From Armatimonadota bacterium (GTDB taxonomy: Bacteria > Armatimonadota > UBA5829 > DTLH01), in assembly GCA_039679675.1 (NCBI GenBank), contig JBDKUN010000022.1, positions 11,403 to 75,402 on the forward strand: DNA of 64,000 nt, written 5' to 3'. Position 1 is the stretch's first letter; every line of letters starts with the position of its first letter. Positions 39,918 to 50,123 of this stretch are shown piece after piece. The position numbers were made by a program, and so were the translations under genes. The notes under the pieces are model-generated. The model was given only the letters and a program-made list of their open reading frames with translations. It did not search any database and was not told the DNA's origin.

Positions 39918-40364
39918 CTACGCACCCATGAAGGGGCTTCTTACTGTGGAGTCGCTGTTATTATTCTCCACATCTATCTGATAATTAGCCGGGGTGAACA
40001 GGTATACCCTGTCGCCGATCTTCTCTACATAGCCATCCAGGGCATATGTGACGCCGTTTAGGAAGTCTATTACTCTCCCGCAGATCTCGGGGCTTGCTTT
40101 TTCGAGGTTTACGATCTGCTGATTGCCGGCTTTCAGCCCATCTGCCGCTTCCTGAGCGTTATCAAGTGATTGAATGGACTTCCAGACGGAAATGTGATGC
40201 ATCCTGGAAGGATGGAGTCTGAGTGTCACAGGGCGCCGGGTGCCGCCTGGGTCATCCAGCATTTCATCGAACTCATCATACTCTCCGAGTCCGACTCGCT
40301 CTTTCAATTTGGTCCAAAAACCTCTAGGTTGTTCTTCGTAATCGTCCAAAGGTGCAGTTGTCAT
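39918..40364 (-). CDS. sepF: Cell division protein SepF
   Basis: IVNLE..RVIDFLNGVTYALDG..YLFTP; lies between yggS and yggT. Confidence 0.92.
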   Translation of the reverse strand: MTTAPLDDYEEQPRGFWTKLKERVGLGEYDEFDEMLDDPGGTRRPVTLRLHPSRMHHISVWKSIQSLDNAQEAADGLKAGNQQIVNLEKASPEICGRVIDFLNGVTYALDGYVEKIGDRVYLFTPANYQIDVENNNSDSTVRSPFMGA

Positions 40365-40471
40365 GTATGTACCCTCCCATTTCTGGTGATGTGCCGGTCA
40401 TGGTTGGGTGTTGGGCGGCCACTCCTTGCCTGACATCAGACACTTGCGCTTGTGTTCCCCCAAAGGGATGG

Positions 40472-41149
40472 CTAGGCTCTCGGACCGAATATGGCAGAAC
40501 CGATACGGACCATATTCGAACCTTCTTCTATGGCTATCTCGAAATCGTGACTCATACCCATAGAAAGCCAGTGCCGCTGCTCATCCGGCAGCTTGTCCCA
40601 AAGTCCTTTAAGGCGGGCAAAATAGGGTCTTGTCTCTTCGGGATCGGCTACGAACGGAGCCATCCCCATAAAACCCTGCAATCTGACGCCAGAAACCTCC
40701 GCAATCTCTCCGGCCAAATTCAGCGCGTCCTCCGGCGACACGCCGTACTTTGTTTCTTCTCCGGATATCTTGACCTCAATCAGTATATCTTGGACTATCC
40801 CGCGAGCTTCGGCCCGCCTGCCTATCTCCACTGCAAGGGACAGATTATCCACACTTTGGATGGTCGAAAAAACTCCGACCGCCTGCCTTGCCTTGTTCTT
40901 TTGGAGATGGCCGATGAAGTGCCAGCGAACATCCGAAGACTCTACGGCCTTCCATTTTTCGATGGCCTCCTGGACATAGTTCTCGCCAAGGTCTTTTGCG
41001 CCTGCGGAAATGGCTTCTTGAATCCTCGAAACGCCGATAGTCTTTGTCACCGTTACAAGAGTGACATCCTCCGGCTTGCGGCCCGAATTTCGGGCTGCTT
41101 CCGTGATCCGTCCGCGCACGACCGCCAGGTTTTCTGCTATAGTTGCCAC
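40472..41149 (-). CDS. yggS: PLP homeostasis protein YggS
   Basis: GENYVQE, WHFIGHLQKNK, LSMGMSHDFEIAIEEGSNMVRIGSAIFG; GTG start inferred. Confidence 0.95.
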   Translation of the reverse strand: MATIAENLAVVRGRITEAARNSGRKPEDVTLVTVTKTIGVSRIQEAISAGAKDLGENYVQEAIEKWKAVESSDVRWHFIGHLQKNKARQAVGVFSTIQSVDNLSLAVEIGRRAEARGIVQDILIEVKISGEETKYGVSPEDALNLAGEIAEVSGVRLQGFMGMAPFVADPEETRPYFARLKGLWDKLPDEQRHWLSMGMSHDFEIAIEEGSNMVRIGSAIFGPRA

Positions 41150-41340
41150 AATATGTCTACCCGCCACAGGCCAGGTAACGCATGATTGCACGTAAAGCAG
41201 GGATGTGTCAAGGGTTTCAGCGAAAAATTATGCATGCGCCCTGTTTTCTATTATAGAGTTTCAAGAGATAAAGTACCAGCCTTACAGCTATATAAACAAT
41301 TCTCTGATATAGTTTTATCTGTTGATTTTAACTTACACCT

Positions 41341-41413
41341 GAAACTCTCCCGGAGGATTTTCGGCAACAGATAATATATGATTGGCCGTTAATCAATCAG
41401 CCGAAAATCTATA
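41341..41413. repeat. Second copy of the element nested at 12449-12512
   Basis: GAAACTCTCCCGGAGGATTTTCGGC..GCCGAAAATCTATA matches the reverse complement of 12449-12491. Confidence 0.75.
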
Positions 41414-41505
41414 GGTAATTTTTACCCTGAATTTTATCTTTTACAAGCCACTTGCAATATGATATTGTTCTAATAACTTAACCGAGGAGGCAAAAGGACC
41501 TAAAG

Positions 41506-42693
41506 ATGGACAGCGAGATAATAATCGCCGGAGGCGGAGCACGGGGACTGTACTTCGCCCAAATGCTGCATCAGACACTCGGCAGAAAGGTTGCCGCTAT
41601 AGCTGACACCTACCTGGAAGGGCACAAGGTAATCACTCACAGACTTTCTGAGTTTATGACTCCCGATACCAAAGTCTTTCGAACCATTGATGAAGCCCTT
41701 CTATCCATTCCCCGCACTCAAGCTAATATCGTCTTTGTGATGACACCGGAATGGACTCATCTGGATATTTTCAGAAAAGCGGTCGGATCCGATTGCCATG
41801 TGTTCCTCGAAAAACCTCTTGCGACCACTCGCGGGGATGTCCTCGAAATACTGAAAATAGCACGCAGCACAGACAAGACCATTCAGGTAGGTTTCGTGCT
41901 GAGGTATTCGCTGTTTTATAAAAAGATAAAGTCCATCATCGATTCAGGGGTTCTCGGAAGACTGGTCATAATACAGATGAACGAGCGCCTCGCTCTGCAG
42001 CATGGAGCGACATTCAAGCGGACATGGCATCGCAAGCAGGAGTATACCGGGGGCTTCATGAACGAAAAGTGCTGTCATGACCTTGACCTTATGTGCTGGT
42101 TCAAGGAAGGCCAAGCTTTGCCTGAGAGAGTGTGGTCCCATGGCGGGCAGCACTTCTGCAAGGATCGCAGCACTCCTCCTGCGTGTGTGGATTGCGATCT
42201 TGCAACCTGCCCCTGGAGATATAAAGGAACTGAAACGCTGAAGTGTATCGATGGGAATTACTTGATGGATAAAACATCCGCGAAAGCAGGCAAATGCGTA
42301 TTCCATTCAGATTCGGATGTCATGGACCATCAGATGGTTAACATTGTATTCGGCGATGGGACTCAAGGCGTTTTATGTGTATCTACAATGAGCGCTGATC
42401 CCGGCAGAGACATTACAGTCCACGGGACGGACGGCTGCCTCCACGGTGAACTGGAAAAAGGCATTCTGAGCGTGCAAAACTACTGGAAAGAAGATGCGGA
42501 AGAGATAGATCTGAACCAGACAGACGCACATGGCGGAGGGGATGAGGCCATAGTCAAATCATTCCTCGACAGCATAGACTCAAAGAACAAGCCCTTGGCA
42601 ACGGTAGAAGCGGGAGTTCGAGCCAGCCTGATAGCTTTCGCCGCAGACGACAGCGTCAGAACGAACGCCCCGGTCCAGCTTAATTCAATATAG
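41506..42693 (+). CDS. Gfo/Idh/MocA family oxidoreductase
   Basis: IAGGGARG, LEKPLA, VGFVLRY, EKCCHDLD, HGGGD. Confidence 0.92.
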   Translation: MDSEIIIAGGGARGLYFAQMLHQTLGRKVAAIADTYLEGHKVITHRLSEFMTPDTKVFRTIDEALLSIPRTQANIVFVMTPEWTHLDIFRKAVGSDCHVFLEKPLATTRGDVLEILKIARSTDKTIQVGFVLRYSLFYKKIKSIIDSGVLGRLVIIQMNERLALQHGATFKRTWHRKQEYTGGFMNEKCCHDLDLMCWFKEGQALPERVWSHGGQHFCKDRSTPPACVDCDLATCPWRYKGTETLKCIDGNYLMDKTSAKAGKCVFHSDSDVMDHQMVNIVFGDGTQGVLCVSTMSADPGRDITVHGTDGCLHGELEKGILSVQNYWKEDAEEIDLNQTDAHGGGDEAIVKSFLDSIDSKNKPLATVEAGVRASLIAFAADDSVRTNAPVQLNSI

Positions 42694-42702
42694 GAGCAGA
42701 TT

Positions 42703-45063
42703 TTGCAATTTAAACACACAGATTTTGCTTCGGACTGCTTGCTGCCGAAGCGCGACACATTATGGCTGGTCGAACCGGCCAAAAGATGGATAGACGCTTT
42801 TCCGATAGGGAACGGCAGCATCGGCGCGATGATATTCGGGGGAACGGACACCGAACGGCTCGCATTAAATCATGAAAACCTCTGGAGAGGTGTCACGAAA
42901 GGCCGCACTGTCGAACCGAAGTACCAATATCTTCCTGAAATCCGTGAAAAGCTTCTTGCAGGCAAGTGGGTTGAAGGCGCGGAGCTTGCTACAAAGCATT
43001 TGAGCGGGCATGAACGGCGGGTGCAGCCATATCAGCCGGTTGGCGACCTCCGCCTGCACTTTAGCAGCCGTGCAGATGTAGAAAACTACGGCAGAACGCT
43101 CGATCTATCGACAGCCATAGCAGAAGTTAGCTACCGCGCGGGCGGTGTGACATATAAGCGCGAAACATTTGCATCCGCTGCCGATGGAGCCATAATCACA
43201 AGGGTCTCAGCCGATAAGCCGGGAGCAATCAGTGTAAAAATCGAGCTTGGACGGGTAGACAACCCCGAATGTGAACTCAAGCCGTGGTCAAATACGAATG
43301 GAATCGGCTTTACAGGCAGGTTCGTCGAAGGAATAGAGTTCGCGGTCGAGACCAGAGTCTATCCATCCGGTGGAAAAATCGCCGCAGGTGAAGGTGCAAA
43401 TATTCAGGTGTCCGGTGCGGATGAACTCCTCCTTGTGACTGCCATAGCGGTCGATTACAACCAGCCGGAGCCTGCCAAGTGGTGTTCGGAGCATCTGGAC
43501 AAAATCCCGGCGGATTTCGATACTCTAAAAGAACGGCATATTGCCGAGTACAAGCCACTCTATGACAGGGTGAGCTTCAATCTTGCTGCAAATGAAGAAG
43601 CGGAAAAATTGCCTCTCGATGTCCGGCTGGACAACCTCAGAAAAGGCGGAAACGATCCGGGGTTGTTCCCGCTCTATTTCAACTTTGGACGCTATCTGCT
43701 TCTCTCCAGCTCGCGAAAGTGCGACCAGCCCGCCAACCTGCAGGGCATCTGGAACGACGATATCCGGCCGCCATGGGACTCGGACATCCACAACGATATA
43801 AATGTCGAGATGAACTACTGGCCTGCCGAGGTGTGCAACCTTCCCGAATGCACCGAGCCGCTTTTCAATTACATGGAGCAAAGCGTCCCAGAAGGGACCA
43901 AGATCACAAAGAACCTTTACGGCTGCCGGGGCGTATGTTTTTGCATCCAGACTGACATTTGGGGCCGCCCTACCCCTGAAGCACCCGGTTGGGATGTCTG
44001 GACCGGTGCGGCGGCATGGCTTTCAGAGCATCTCTGGTGGCGGTACGAATATTCGCTCGACGAAAAGCTCTTGAAAGATAGAGTTTATCCCTTCCTCAAG
44101 TTGTGCGCTGAGTTCTACGAGGACTATCTGGTCAAGGATTCACTTGGAAGGCTTGTTACCGTCCCATCGCAGTCGCCTGAGAACTACTTCGCAGGCGGAG
44201 CAACGCCGGTCAGCCTGTGTGTCGGCGCAACAATGGACTTTCTCCTTATTCGCGAGGTGATGGAACGCTGCATCAAGGCAAGCGAGATACTCGGCATCGA
44301 CGAAGACCTTCGTCTAAAGTGGCATGAGATCCTGAATGGCATCCCGCCGTTTCAAGCCGGTAAATTCGGGCAGCTTCAGGAGTGGCTGGACGACCATGAG
44401 GAAGCCGAGCCGGGCCACAGGCATGTGTCGCATCTCATAGGCGTTTATCCCGGAGAGCAGATGACCCCGGAGACACTGCCGGAGATGTATAAGGCGGCTA
44501 GAGTGTCGCTTGAACGAAGGCTTGCGGCCGGAGGCGGCCACACCGGGTGGAGCAGGTCTTGGGTCTGCGCTCTCTGGGCGAGGTTCCTCGAAGGTGAGCT
44601 TGCCTACGAGCACCTTGTCTGCCTGATTACGGACTTTGCAACGAAAAGCCTGCTGGATACCCATCCGATGAACAACGAGTGGGGCTATGTCTTCGAGATA
44701 GACGGGAACTTCGGAGGGACAGCCGCCATCGCGGAACTTTTGATGCAAAGCTACGGCGGGACTATCCGCCTGCTGCCCGCGCTTCCTTCCAAATGGAAGA
44801 CTGGCTCAGTGAAGGGTCTGCGCGCAAAGGGCGGGTTCACGGTAGACATCAGTTGGAAAGACGGTACGCTCACTGAGGCCAGGATAACAAGCGATTTCGG
44901 GAAGCCATGCAGAATAATCTGCTCCAGTGGCGCGCTTTCCGTGACCAGCAATGGGACTGAACTGCCTGTGGAACGCGACACCAACGGCGGGTTCACCTTC
45001 CCCACCCTCCCCGACAGGGCGGTAGTGCTGAAGGCGGGAAAATCGAATGGAATCATCCAGTGA
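42703..45063 (+). CDS. GH95 alpha-L-fucosidase-like glycoside hydrolase
   Basis: PIGNGSIGAM, FGRYLL, PANLQGIW, NVEMNYW, HRHVSHL, EIDGNFG, GLRAKGG. Confidence 0.93.
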   Translation: MQFKHTDFASDCLLPKRDTLWLVEPAKRWIDAFPIGNGSIGAMIFGGTDTERLALNHENLWRGVTKGRTVEPKYQYLPEIREKLLAGKWVEGAELATKHLSGHERRVQPYQPVGDLRLHFSSRADVENYGRTLDLSTAIAEVSYRAGGVTYKRETFASAADGAIITRVSADKPGAISVKIELGRVDNPECELKPWSNTNGIGFTGRFVEGIEFAVETRVYPSGGKIAAGEGANIQVSGADELLLVTAIAVDYNQPEPAKWCSEHLDKIPADFDTLKERHIAEYKPLYDRVSFNLAANEEAEKLPLDVRLDNLRKGGNDPGLFPLYFNFGRYLLLSSSRKCDQPANLQGIWNDDIRPPWDSDIHNDINVEMNYWPAEVCNLPECTEPLFNYMEQSVPEGTKITKNLYGCRGVCFCIQTDIWGRPTPEAPGWDVWTGAAAWLSEHLWWRYEYSLDEKLLKDRVYPFLKLCAEFYEDYLVKDSLGRLVTVPSQSPENYFAGGATPVSLCVGATMDFLLIREVMERCIKASEILGIDEDLRLKWHEILNGIPPFQAGKFGQLQEWLDDHEEAEPGHRHVSHLIGVYPGEQMTPETLPEMYKAARVSLERRLAAGGGHTGWSRSWVCALWARFLEGELAYEHLVCLITDFATKSLLDTHPMNNEWGYVFEIDGNFGGTAAIAELLMQSYGGTIRLLPALPSKWKTGSVKGLRAKGGFTVDISWKDGTLTEARITSDFGKPCRIICSSGALSVTSNGTELPVERDTNGGFTFPTLPDRAVVLKAGKSNGIIQ

Positions 45064-45074
45064 CATATAAAATA

Positions 45075-45103
45075 TTGACAACTGATAGTCTGTAGGTTAT
45101 AAA
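45075..45103 (+). promoter_or_regulatory. Sigma-70 promoter
   Basis: TTGACA-17nt-TATAAA. Confidence 0.65.
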
Positions 45104-45109
45104 AAAGCT

Positions 45110-45170
45110 GGCCCGCAGCACTACTTGGGGCTGTTATAAGCAGTTTGAAGTAGTGCCTGCGGGCCTTTTT
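45110..45170 (+). promoter_or_regulatory. Promoter-proximal hairpin/U-tract element, copy 1
   Basis: GGCCCGCAGCACTACTT..AAGTAGTGCCTGCGGGCC-TTTTT; homologous to 57116-57187 and 55836-55901. Confidence 0.7.
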
Positions 45171-45219
45171 ATAGCATTAATTGTATACAATCGGTTTCAC
45201 TGATCTCGGAGGAATACCT

Positions 45220-46335
45220 GTGCGTAATTTTGTTCTTCTCACTGTAATACTACTAGGTTTTGCATCACTTGCGGTTCCGGCAAATGCCGGTTGGAACGTT
45301 TTGAACTTGTCCCAGCCAGAAAATAGCTTTGCTTGTGCGAAAAATATTAACGGCAATCAGGTAGTAGGATCAGTTTCTATTGGAAACGGCTGGCCGGGGT
45401 GGACGCATGCTTCTATGTGGACTCAGGGAAGCACAGGGTGGATCGATCTTAACCCCAGCGGCTCAGCGTATTCTGTAGCTAATGGTACGGATGGACAGAA
45501 GCAGACTGGTTACGCTTTTATAGGTGACAATATGCATGCAATACTCTGGACCGGCTCATCTAAAAATTATGTAGACCTGAACCCTTCAGGGGTCTTAGGT
45601 TCCAACGCGGAATCTGTCTACGGTAATCAACAAGTCGGAGGTGCTATGTATGACACCTCGTGGTCCGGAGTTAGCTTCGCCAGCTTATGGTATGGTTCAG
45701 CTGAGAGTTGGGTGAACCTAACACCGAAGGACTCAGGCGACTCGCGTGCTTATGGCACTGATGGAATCCATCAAGTAGGCTACGCTACGTTTAGCGGTAG
45801 TAATCATGCTGGAATATGGAGTGGAACTGCGGAAAGCTGGAGTGACCTGAACCCCATATCCGCAATAAGTTCACGCGCCTACGCTGTCCGAGGTAATCAG
45901 CAGGTAGGCTACGCCACCACTGCAGATTACTGGCGGCATGCGAGCTTGTGGAACGGCACATCTGATAGCTGGGTAGATTTGAACCCAGCCGCATCCGTCG
46001 AATCCAGCGCACTGGCATTATCATCAGGATATCAGGCCGGCTGGTTCAATACAGATGGTCTTGAGCGGGCATCCATATGGGCTGGGTCTGCAGACAGCAT
46101 GGTCGACCTTCATTCGCTTCTCGCTTCTGATACATACTGTAAGTCGTTAGCAACCGGCATTTCCATACAAGGCTCGGATATATTCGTGTCAGGATATGCA
46201 TATAACAGTTCAACGAACAAAGAAGAAGCAATTCTGTGGCATTATACATCTGATGTTCCCGAGCCTTCGGGCATCCTTTCGCTACTCTTCGGCCTTGGTG
46301 GATTCGGCGGCATGATGCTGCGGAGGAAAGATTAA
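45220..46335 (+). CDS. PEP-CTERM protein with HAF-like repeats
   Basis: GGAGG then GTG; signal peptide; ~44-aa repeats (HAxLWxG..WVDLNP..QQVG); VPEPS-TM-RRKD. Confidence 0.92.
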   Translation: MRNFVLLTVILLGFASLAVPANAGWNVLNLSQPENSFACAKNINGNQVVGSVSIGNGWPGWTHASMWTQGSTGWIDLNPSGSAYSVANGTDGQKQTGYAFIGDNMHAILWTGSSKNYVDLNPSGVLGSNAESVYGNQQVGGAMYDTSWSGVSFASLWYGSAESWVNLTPKDSGDSRAYGTDGIHQVGYATFSGSNHAGIWSGTAESWSDLNPISAISSRAYAVRGNQQVGYATTADYWRHASLWNGTSDSWVDLNPAASVESSALALSSGYQAGWFNTDGLERASIWAGSADSMVDLHSLLASDTYCKSLATGISIQGSDIFVSGYAYNSSTNKEEAILWHYTSDVPEPSGILSLLFGLGGFGGMMLRRKD

Positions 46336-46343
46336 GCATTCAC

Positions 46344-46376
46344 TGATAGACAGAGGGATCCAGACCTCGGTCTATC
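46344..46376. repeat. GATAGACCGAGG-type REP hairpin
   Basis: GATAGACAGAGG..CCTCGGTCTATC just after the stop. Confidence 0.75.
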
Positions 46377-46400
46377 GGATATTAAATTCATAAACGAGAG

Positions 46401-47825
46401 GTGTTGACTGTGAGATACGCTTTAAGGCTATTTCTGTCTGTAATTCTTTTATCAGGCTTCCTCTTACCATCAGAGGCTGTTGTTCTTCAGCCGGGAACGT
46501 ATAAGCTGGCCTGGACTACATCCGAAGACATCAGCAAAACCATCTGCCAGTCCTTAATACTTGATGTAGCTGCGCAGGATAATGGTGTACCTGCCATAAA
46601 TGGACTGAAGTCTGCCAAATATCTTCGATGTGGACCCGATGAAAACTGTTACTTAAGGATGGTTCTGGATGAGTCCAATGGAACGGGCAAAGGCTACGAT
46701 GTTGCATACATATCACTGGCTACATCAGGTAAATTGACTGATGTAGCTCAGGCCATCAAGCTGCCGCTAAGGAAAAGCAACAACGCTCCACTGATGTGGA
46801 AAGATGTCAAAGTGCTGGAATCCGACAAATTCACACTGGACATACCTTACACATCGTCAAATATCATACGCAAAACTACTATTTCGCTGGAGATCGATAT
46901 ATTCGACGATGGCAATATAACCGGCACTGCAGCAATAAATCTCTGGTCGGGCTGGAGCGGGGTTATCAAGACAGATGGCGAAGACCTGAAAGTCATCCTT
47001 GATGATCAGAATGCAGATGGGCTATTCGAGAAAAATTCATCCAATCAAGCAATAGACGGTACAACTCCGTGTTTGAACGATTATTTATGGATAGGCAAGC
47101 ACAATGGACAGTGCGAATGCAGCGATTGCAAGTCCATTATGCTGGGAGGCGTTTCATCTTACGGTAACAAGCTCTATATAATCAATGTTAAACCGTCAGG
47201 TGAGGAAATTGAGATTAAACCATATACGGGACCAAGTGGAACGGTAAAATTCAATGCAGTCGACGGCTATAATAAACCAGCAAAGTGCTACGCCACCATT
47301 CATGGTAAAGAAGGGGTTTTCGAACTACTGGATAACGGCAAAGAAACGCAGATCCCTGCCGGTGTTTACAAGGCATCACCGTTTGTCATTATCGAACCTG
47401 AGCAAAACAAGGCATCAGATAAAGGATTCTACATTTTTAAGAGAGCCAACCTTGAAATAACAGTCCAACCTAAAAAAACGGTCACAATAGATGCTGGCGG
47501 ACCTGTCACTTTATCTATTAATTCGGAAAAAGACGCTGTCACGGCAAAAGTCGGCCAGGAAATAAAGATTCCCCTTGATATAAAGCAAAAAAATGAGAAG
47601 GTGGTTATTTTCAGCGAAAAAAAACCTGTTGTAAGCATCTATAACTCTGCCGGTAAGCGGCTAAAAAGCGGTAAAGGGAAGTTTGGGTGAGGCGGAGTCT
47701 GTGAGTATTCCGTGCGAATACCTTCGAATTGGAAACCCGGCACCTATAAGATCAGTGCAAGCATCGATCTGAGACCTTACCAGGATCAAATCTCAGCAAA
47801 GAAGACATTGAAGATCGTAAAGTGA
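46401..47825 (+). CDS. Secreted protein, probable selenoprotein (Sec at TGA 47688-47690)
   Basis: Signal peptide; FG-TGA-GGVCEYSVRIP frame stays open for 44 codons; SECIS-like hairpin 47705-47721. Confidence 0.78.
47705..47721 (+). promoter_or_regulatory. Candidate bacterial SECIS hairpin
   Basis: GTATTC-CGTGC-GAATAC; loop starts 20 nt after UGA with G at loop position 2. Confidence 0.6.
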
Positions 47826-47831
47826 GCCGGT

Positions 47832-47927
47832 TGATAGACCGAGGGAACCATGCCTCGGTCTAGGGGTTGGTTAAGGGCATGGATGCCCTGGAGAATAAGG
47901 CTCGGGGCATGGATCCCCCGAGCCATC
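47832..47927. repeat. REPIN-like composite repeat, copy 1
   Basis: About 91 nt nearly identical to 51200-51290. Confidence 0.9.
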
Positions 47928-48001
47928 TGGTTGGTCGCCTCGCGCATTATGTTCATCTATTAAAATGACGCAAAAGATGACGTACGATGATCACGCATTA
48001 A

Positions 48002-50005
48002 TTGAAGGAGAATCGCTTGAAAACTCAGATTTTGCCAGCTGAATTGGAGACGATTGCAGTTACGGTAAACGACAACGGAATAACCATTCGCAGTGCTAGT
48101 GGGTCCGTTATAGAGGGATGTAATCTTAGTCTGCATTGGAGATATCCCGGTGAAGAAGAGTGGCGGATTACAGATGCTGAGAGCCTATACGATTTAAAGT
48201 GCACAGCTGGTGCTGTTGAATTTTCATGCCGGTTCGGTGACATAATTGCTCGTGTAAGGGTTTGTGGTTCAGGAGAACAAAGGTCCTGGCAGTTCTCCGG
48301 CAAACTCATAAGCGATGCGAGCCAGCCGTTGGAGCTTGCGAGGTTTTGCTATCTTGTCGGCGAAGTCCCGGATGACCTCAACTTTCTTGAGCTGCTTGGA
48401 TCAAGGGAAAAACCCGTTTTGCGGAAACCAGGGGATTCACTGCCATCATACAGGCAGGATGTTGAGGCTTTCTGGGCTTCAATGGGTGTTAAATGGCTGA
48501 GGATGCCCGATACGATTCACGATGTCTCTGACTGGGCGGTATCCAAAGACATCGCAGCTTTTCTCCCCGAATGGAATGGCTCAGGATGGGGGTTTTGTTT
48601 TGTCGGTCCCGGCACTGCGTTCGGCGAGATCGGCTATAAAACAACCGGAAAGCCATCAGCCTTTTATGTCGGAGTCCTGCTCGATAACTTGCTGATCGAC
48701 CCGGGCGAGGAGCGGTTGCTCGAAACTGCCTGTGTGTGGTACGGTGATTGGCAAGAAGGGTTTCGTCTGTGGGCGAAGACCTGTGCCAATCATGCAGGAG
48801 TTCGGAATGCGCATCCTGCGCTCACCGGTTATTGCTCTTGGTATCAGTTTCACACGAAGATAACTCCAGAAGAAATATTGCAAGCTAACGATGAATTTGC
48901 TGATTGGCCGGTTGGCTCAGGAAATCGTACCATCCAGATTGATGATGGTTTTCAGGTTGCTCCGGGTGACTGGGCCCCTAATGAGCGGTTCAAGGAGATT
49001 TGGCCTGATCTGCCAGGCCGTATCGCTGCTAAAGGCTCACTTCCAGGGCTATGGCTTGCGCCCAGCATAATACACGAGACGCATTCTATTGCAGCCGAAC
49101 ATCCAGAATGGCTGCAAAGGCTGGCATGCGGAGAATTTGCGATTTCTTTTGCAAACTGGGGTGGCGATACGTATTATCTTGATGCTGACCATCCCGATGC
49201 ACAGGAGTTTATGAGGAAGAACTTTGCTGCTTTTGTCGCTGAGGGATGGAAGTATTTCAAGATCGACTTCACCTATCCAGTGAGCACTGCACGGCAGGCG
49301 TTCGACCGAAAGAAAACGTCATTTGAGACCCTGCGCGGTATGTATCGGCTTTTCCGCGAGACCTGCGGTGATGAGATTCTCTTATCAGCCTGTATAGGAG
49401 TGCCGGGCCGATATGCTCTCGGTTATGCGGACATCGCAAGGTTGGGCGGCGACATCGAGACATCCTGGGAAGCAGTTCAGACTACCGTGAGGGCATGGAT
49501 TACCTGGGGGTGCACCAATGGTGTTTGGTGGTTGGGTGATCCGGACGTTTTTCTGATGCGAACGGAGAATTCATCGCTTTCATTCGAGGAAAACTATCTG
49601 CTGACGGGCACAATAGGACTCTTTGGCGGGTTATTTCTCACTTCAGACTTGCCTTCTCAATGGTCTCCTGAAGCTGTAGCCGCAGTGAAGGAGTTCTGGA
49701 ATGAGCACAACCCGCGGACACCGGTTTCACATCGGGCTCTCTGGGACGATCGAGGTATGATTCAGGCATATCGTGTGAGCGTAGAAGAAGGCGGAAACCT
49801 GTATCACGCAATTGGGGTCTACAACTGGGCTGACGATGTTCGCGATATGACCATTTCACTCAAAGATGTGGGATTACAGCCCTCGCTCAATTGGAACCTG
49901 CAGGCGACGTCACACAGCGAACAGATGCAGTTGATCGATGGGGTTTTGAGAGTGCCTCTTCTTCCGAGACACAGCCTGAGGATAGCAAAACTGTCGCTTA
50001 GGTAA
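48002..50005 (+). CDS. Alpha-galactosidase-like glycoside hydrolase (GH36/GH27 clan)
   Basis: GYCSWYQ, IQIDDGFQ, PGLWLAP, YFKIDF, RLGGD; start could be 48017. Confidence 0.8.
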   Translation: MKENRLKTQILPAELETIAVTVNDNGITIRSASGSVIEGCNLSLHWRYPGEEEWRITDAESLYDLKCTAGAVEFSCRFGDIIARVRVCGSGEQRSWQFSGKLISDASQPLELARFCYLVGEVPDDLNFLELLGSREKPVLRKPGDSLPSYRQDVEAFWASMGVKWLRMPDTIHDVSDWAVSKDIAAFLPEWNGSGWGFCFVGPGTAFGEIGYKTTGKPSAFYVGVLLDNLLIDPGEERLLETACVWYGDWQEGFRLWAKTCANHAGVRNAHPALTGYCSWYQFHTKITPEEILQANDEFADWPVGSGNRTIQIDDGFQVAPGDWAPNERFKEIWPDLPGRIAAKGSLPGLWLAPSIIHETHSIAAEHPEWLQRLACGEFAISFANWGGDTYYLDADHPDAQEFMRKNFAAFVAEGWKYFKIDFTYPVSTARQAFDRKKTSFETLRGMYRLFRETCGDEILLSACIGVPGRYALGYADIARLGGDIETSWEAVQTTVRAWITWGCTNGVWWLGDPDVFLMRTENSSLSFEENYLLTGTIGLFGGLFLTSDLPSQWSPEAVAAVKEFWNEHNPRTPVSHRALWDDRGMIQAYRVSVEEGGNLYHAIGVYNWADDVRDMTISLKDVGLQPSLNWNLQATSHSEQMQLIDGVLRVPLLPRHSLRIAKLSLR

Positions 50006-50123
50006 AATCATTCAGATCAGATATTCGATGGAATAGATACATGCTTCGGTCTGGATTCCACCGAGCATCAGAGTGCAAATTACGCGCTGAAGATTAAATC
50101 ATTATGAAATCAGGAGTGACGTT

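Noticed and set aside
40352..41185. 277-aa plus-strand ORF
   Set aside because: Antisense to yggS
47688..47690. Genome-wide UGA reassignment (code 4 or 25)
   Set aside because: TGA ends many intact genes here (nuoM, nuoE, dut overlaps) and no other gene shows an internal TGA
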